Positions 61,239-64,000 of a DNA stretch of 64,000 bases are shown one piece after another (within the stretch, counting starts at the first letter, position 1; every line of letters begins with the position of its first letter). A model generated the notes under the pieces. The model did not search any database. It saw nothing but the letters and a program-made list of their open reading frames with translations, and was not told the origin of the DNA. Made by a program: the position numbers and the translations under genes. The stretch covers positions 124,001 to 188,000 of the forward strand of contig OZ361261.1 in assembly GCA_977018835.1 (NCBI GenBank). Direction: 5' to 3'. The DNA is from Minutocellus sp. GHC0000111 (taxonomy: Eukaryota).

Positions 61239-62297
61239 CTACTTCTTATATGTACCCTTGTTGCCTTTTTTGTGTAATTGCAACCAATTTTCCAATTTCT
61301 TTTTGCCTTGTTGTACTGCCCCTTCCAAGTTGGGTTCATGCGATACATACCTAGTTCCATGATAGCCAATGTGATGCTTGACTTCCCGTTTTCCAAGCAC
61401 ACGGGTACGATCTCTCCCATAGACGAGTGATATCCAATCATCGACATACCAGTTACGAAAGTCAGGTGGATAGTACGTGCCAAAAATATCAAGATGTGTG
61501 CGATGGACCATGTCATGCGTCAATATCTCCAAATTGCCCTGAAGACAGGTCGGCCCCACCACTCCGATATCGGCCGGGTCAAAGGATCGAAGCTTCTTTA
61601 TTCCAAAAGAAGACCAATACGGAGTGATGAATTCAGTATCATCATTTATCCGCACGATGTAATCCGATTCCGCATCGTAGGCTGCTTTACATATCTCGTT
61701 CAGGGGTATTCTGTGACCAGTCTTTGGTTGGGGAAAGGAGTGGAACTGCACCTCCAATTTCTTCTCTTTGGCCGCATTTTGCATTCGTTCTTGATTGACT
61801 GGATCGTTCCAAAAGGAATCAGTGTCATCAATTCCAACAAAGAGCACATAGTCAAATCGATCGTCCTCCATGGTTTTGAGGAGTGATGGCAACATGAGCT
61901 TCGACAAGGACATGGATGTAAACCCTAAATGCTCCCAATTTCGAGACGAGGCGCACGTTGCAATGCCGATCTTTATTCTTTTGCTTCCGTCCAGATGCAG
62001 ACTGCTCCATTCTGGCTGCTTTATTGTGGATGGATCGATGGATGTTTGCGACGTTGTGATTGCCGGAGGTGATCGAGGCCCGAGACGTGATCGAGAGGCA
62101 CTCGAATATCGCCGCCGGGACGCCCGCGACGAGGAGAAGATATTCGAAAAGGTCTGCGTGTGATTCACCATATATGTAAAGACGAAGAACACCGCCGACC
62201 ATTGGTAGAAGGACACGAGCAGCCTCCCTTTTTGATAATGAGAGGCCGCCGGTGAATGTGCACGAGAGTAGGCGTACGCCGCTTGAGATGTGCTCAT
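61239..62297 (-). CDS. Type II membrane glycosyltransferase (GT-A fold, GT2-like)
   Basis: N-terminal TM (WSAVFFVFTYMV), stem, LFVGIDD.D, YIVRINDDTEF (DxD-like), GVVGP, HDMVHRTH..IFG.YYP..F.NWY.DDWI. Confidence 0.75.
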   Translation of the reverse strand: MSTSQAAYAYSRAHSPAASHYQKGRLLVSFYQWSAVFFVFTYMVNHTQTFSNIFSSSRASRRRYSSASRSRLGPRSPPAITTSQTSIDPSTIKQPEWSSLHLDGSKRIKIGIATCASSRNWEHLGFTSMSLSKLMLPSLLKTMEDDRFDYVLFVGIDDTDSFWNDPVNQERMQNAAKEKKLEVQFHSFPQPKTGHRIPLNEICKAAYDAESDYIVRINDDTEFITPYWSSFGIKKLRSFDPADIGVVGPTCLQGNLEILTHDMVHRTHLDIFGTYYPPDFRNWYVDDWISLVYGRDRTRVLGKREVKHHIGYHGTRYVSHEPNLEGAVQQGKKKLENWLQLHKKGNKGTYKK

Positions 62298-62649
62298 TTT
62301 GAGGCGGTGATCATGCGCTATCTTGAATGAATTACAACTACTGACACCTCGTCTGCTGCGGTGCTTTGAGACAACGGATGCGATGGCGGCTGGACTGGGA
62401 AGTCAGTCGAGCGGCGGCAGATAAAAGAGGAGGCGGCACGAGACAGCAGCGCGCGCAGGGCCAGCCTGGCCAAGGCAGGCGAGGCAAAAATTCCCAAGTT
62501 TACCCGCAGGGCAAACTTTACCCGCGGAAAGAAAAAGAGGAGAAAGAAGGAAAAGGGAGCGAAATGATAAAAGCATCTCTGCTCGGCGAGTCTACATGTA
62601 ACTACCGTTAACTTCATGTTTACTACATGTGTTGGTAATGAATGATTAC

Positions 62650-64000
62650 TTATTTACGAAACATCCCAAAAAGACCCCCATTGGACCTCGGCCATGCATT
62701 GTCTGGTAATTTCTGGGCATTCGCTCCCACTCCTAGCACCTGCGCTGTCAACCTGCTTTTGGTGAGATTCTTATTCATCTTGCTTGCCAACCACCGACGG
62801 ACTTCAAGATCTAAAGCCTTTCCTTTTGCCACTAGTTCGGCCTCATCGATCTCGGCTGCTCTAAACACATCATCCTGATCTTTTGTGACAGCTGCATCAA
62901 CCACACGCATTGCCAACTTATATTTTGTCTTTTCATTGCGATCAAAAGCCCTGGGAAGTATTGCCAGCGGCGGAGGCATGGATTCATGCGACGACCCTGA
63001 CTTCAGCTTTCCAGATCGAGCCAATTCTATTACTATTTCGCTCATGAGCGGCCACTTATTCTTCTTTTTGCCCCCAGCGCTGCTGACAGTTGACAACTGC
63101 TCCGTCGTTGGTAGCGGTGGAGGCCGAAGAGCCGTCGGTAGCGGTGGCGCTCCTCCAACCATTCTCCTTGCTATGGCAACCGGCGATACTGCAATGGCAG
63201 ATATTGCGGTGCCGATAATGCCAGAACCTCCAGCGGTGCGCTGCCGCACGTTTCGGCCAGGGGATCGCGGTGGGGATGGCTCTCTTCGTCGGATGGTGCC
63301 ACCGGCAGGTCTACTGGTACCAGCAACCGCCGAATCAACACCACCAGAAGCAATCAATGGCACCGATGTTCCATTTAGCGCCCTTGCATCCGATTTTTGT
63401 AGCTGAGTCTCAAGGTGACATATTGTTCTTGCGTTGGTTGCTGCCAAAGCCTTCAAATCGGCAATCTCCTTCCGCAAATCTGATACTAAACGATTGTTTT
63501 CAGCTACCACAGTAGCAAGCTCCTCCTCAGCGGATGAATACGGTGCATTGATGGCCTTGAAATCATCTGCCACCTTCCTTGACCACCCCTTCAATTGAGA
63601 CAGATCAATACCGAGCTCGTCCCCCACATTCATCATCCGACGAACGGCAGGGCCTGCAACTCCAAGAAAAGACAGCTTCGTCGAAAAATTCATAATGTTG
63701 GTGGCCAGCACCTCCCGTACCAGCTGCCGTAGCCTCCCTCCAGCCTTGAAATCAGGCATTGTCATTGGATATAATTTGTCTGCAAACCGATCCAAAAGAG
63801 CCATGTCGTCAGGCAAAGTGCTGATGGCAATGAGCCGAGGAGGACGGTGGGACTTCCGAGGAGAGGGATGGCCAGCAAGAGACCTCATTCGCACATGTTG
63901 CATCGCCCGCCGAGATAGCACGTAGTGCCTGGTGTTATCAGCAGGAGCGTGGCCTGATCGTGCCGTGAGCTCTGGATGATTCACCGACGGATCTTCGTGA
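62650..64000 (-). mobile_element. C-terminal part of a putative tyrosine-recombinase (Crypton-like) ORF, truncated by the window end
   Basis: ORF starts with ARSGH....NTRHY....MRSLAG, resembling the tyrosine recombinase GH..T..Y box and the Crypton/Ndc10-type MR.LAG motif. Intronless, with a coiled coil downstream. Confidence 0.5.

Overview
Gene-dense eukaryotic nuclear DNA with short GT-AG introns, most likely a diatom or related stramenopile: several genes carry signal peptide + AF/GF bipartite plastid presequences, and the aconitase is the bacterial AcnB type. About 30 protein genes are supportable, including a MATE transporter, AcnB, RLP24, a SYP7-like SNARE, a TMEM65-ACT fusion, an IGHMBP2 helicase, PDI-C/ERV, plastid pyruvate kinase, KLHDC4, two RCC1 proteins, acetoacetyl-CoA synthetase, AspRS, bZIP and TALE homeobox factors, CFAP20 and two glycosyltransferase-like genes. 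Most notable: (1) an intact ubiquitin fused in frame to a DRG2/RBG2 GTPase; (2) strong enrichment of TA-flanked palindromic octamers (TACATGTA, TACCGGTA, TAGATCTA) resembling Tc1/mariner excision footprints; (3) a Crypton-like tyrosine-recombinase ORF at the right edge; (4) many genes broken by small frameshifting indels (assembly error or a decaying haplotype). No rRNA, tRNA or CRISPR array was seen. All calls come from motif recognition by eye, with no database searches; splice coordinates were read manually and may be off by a few bases.
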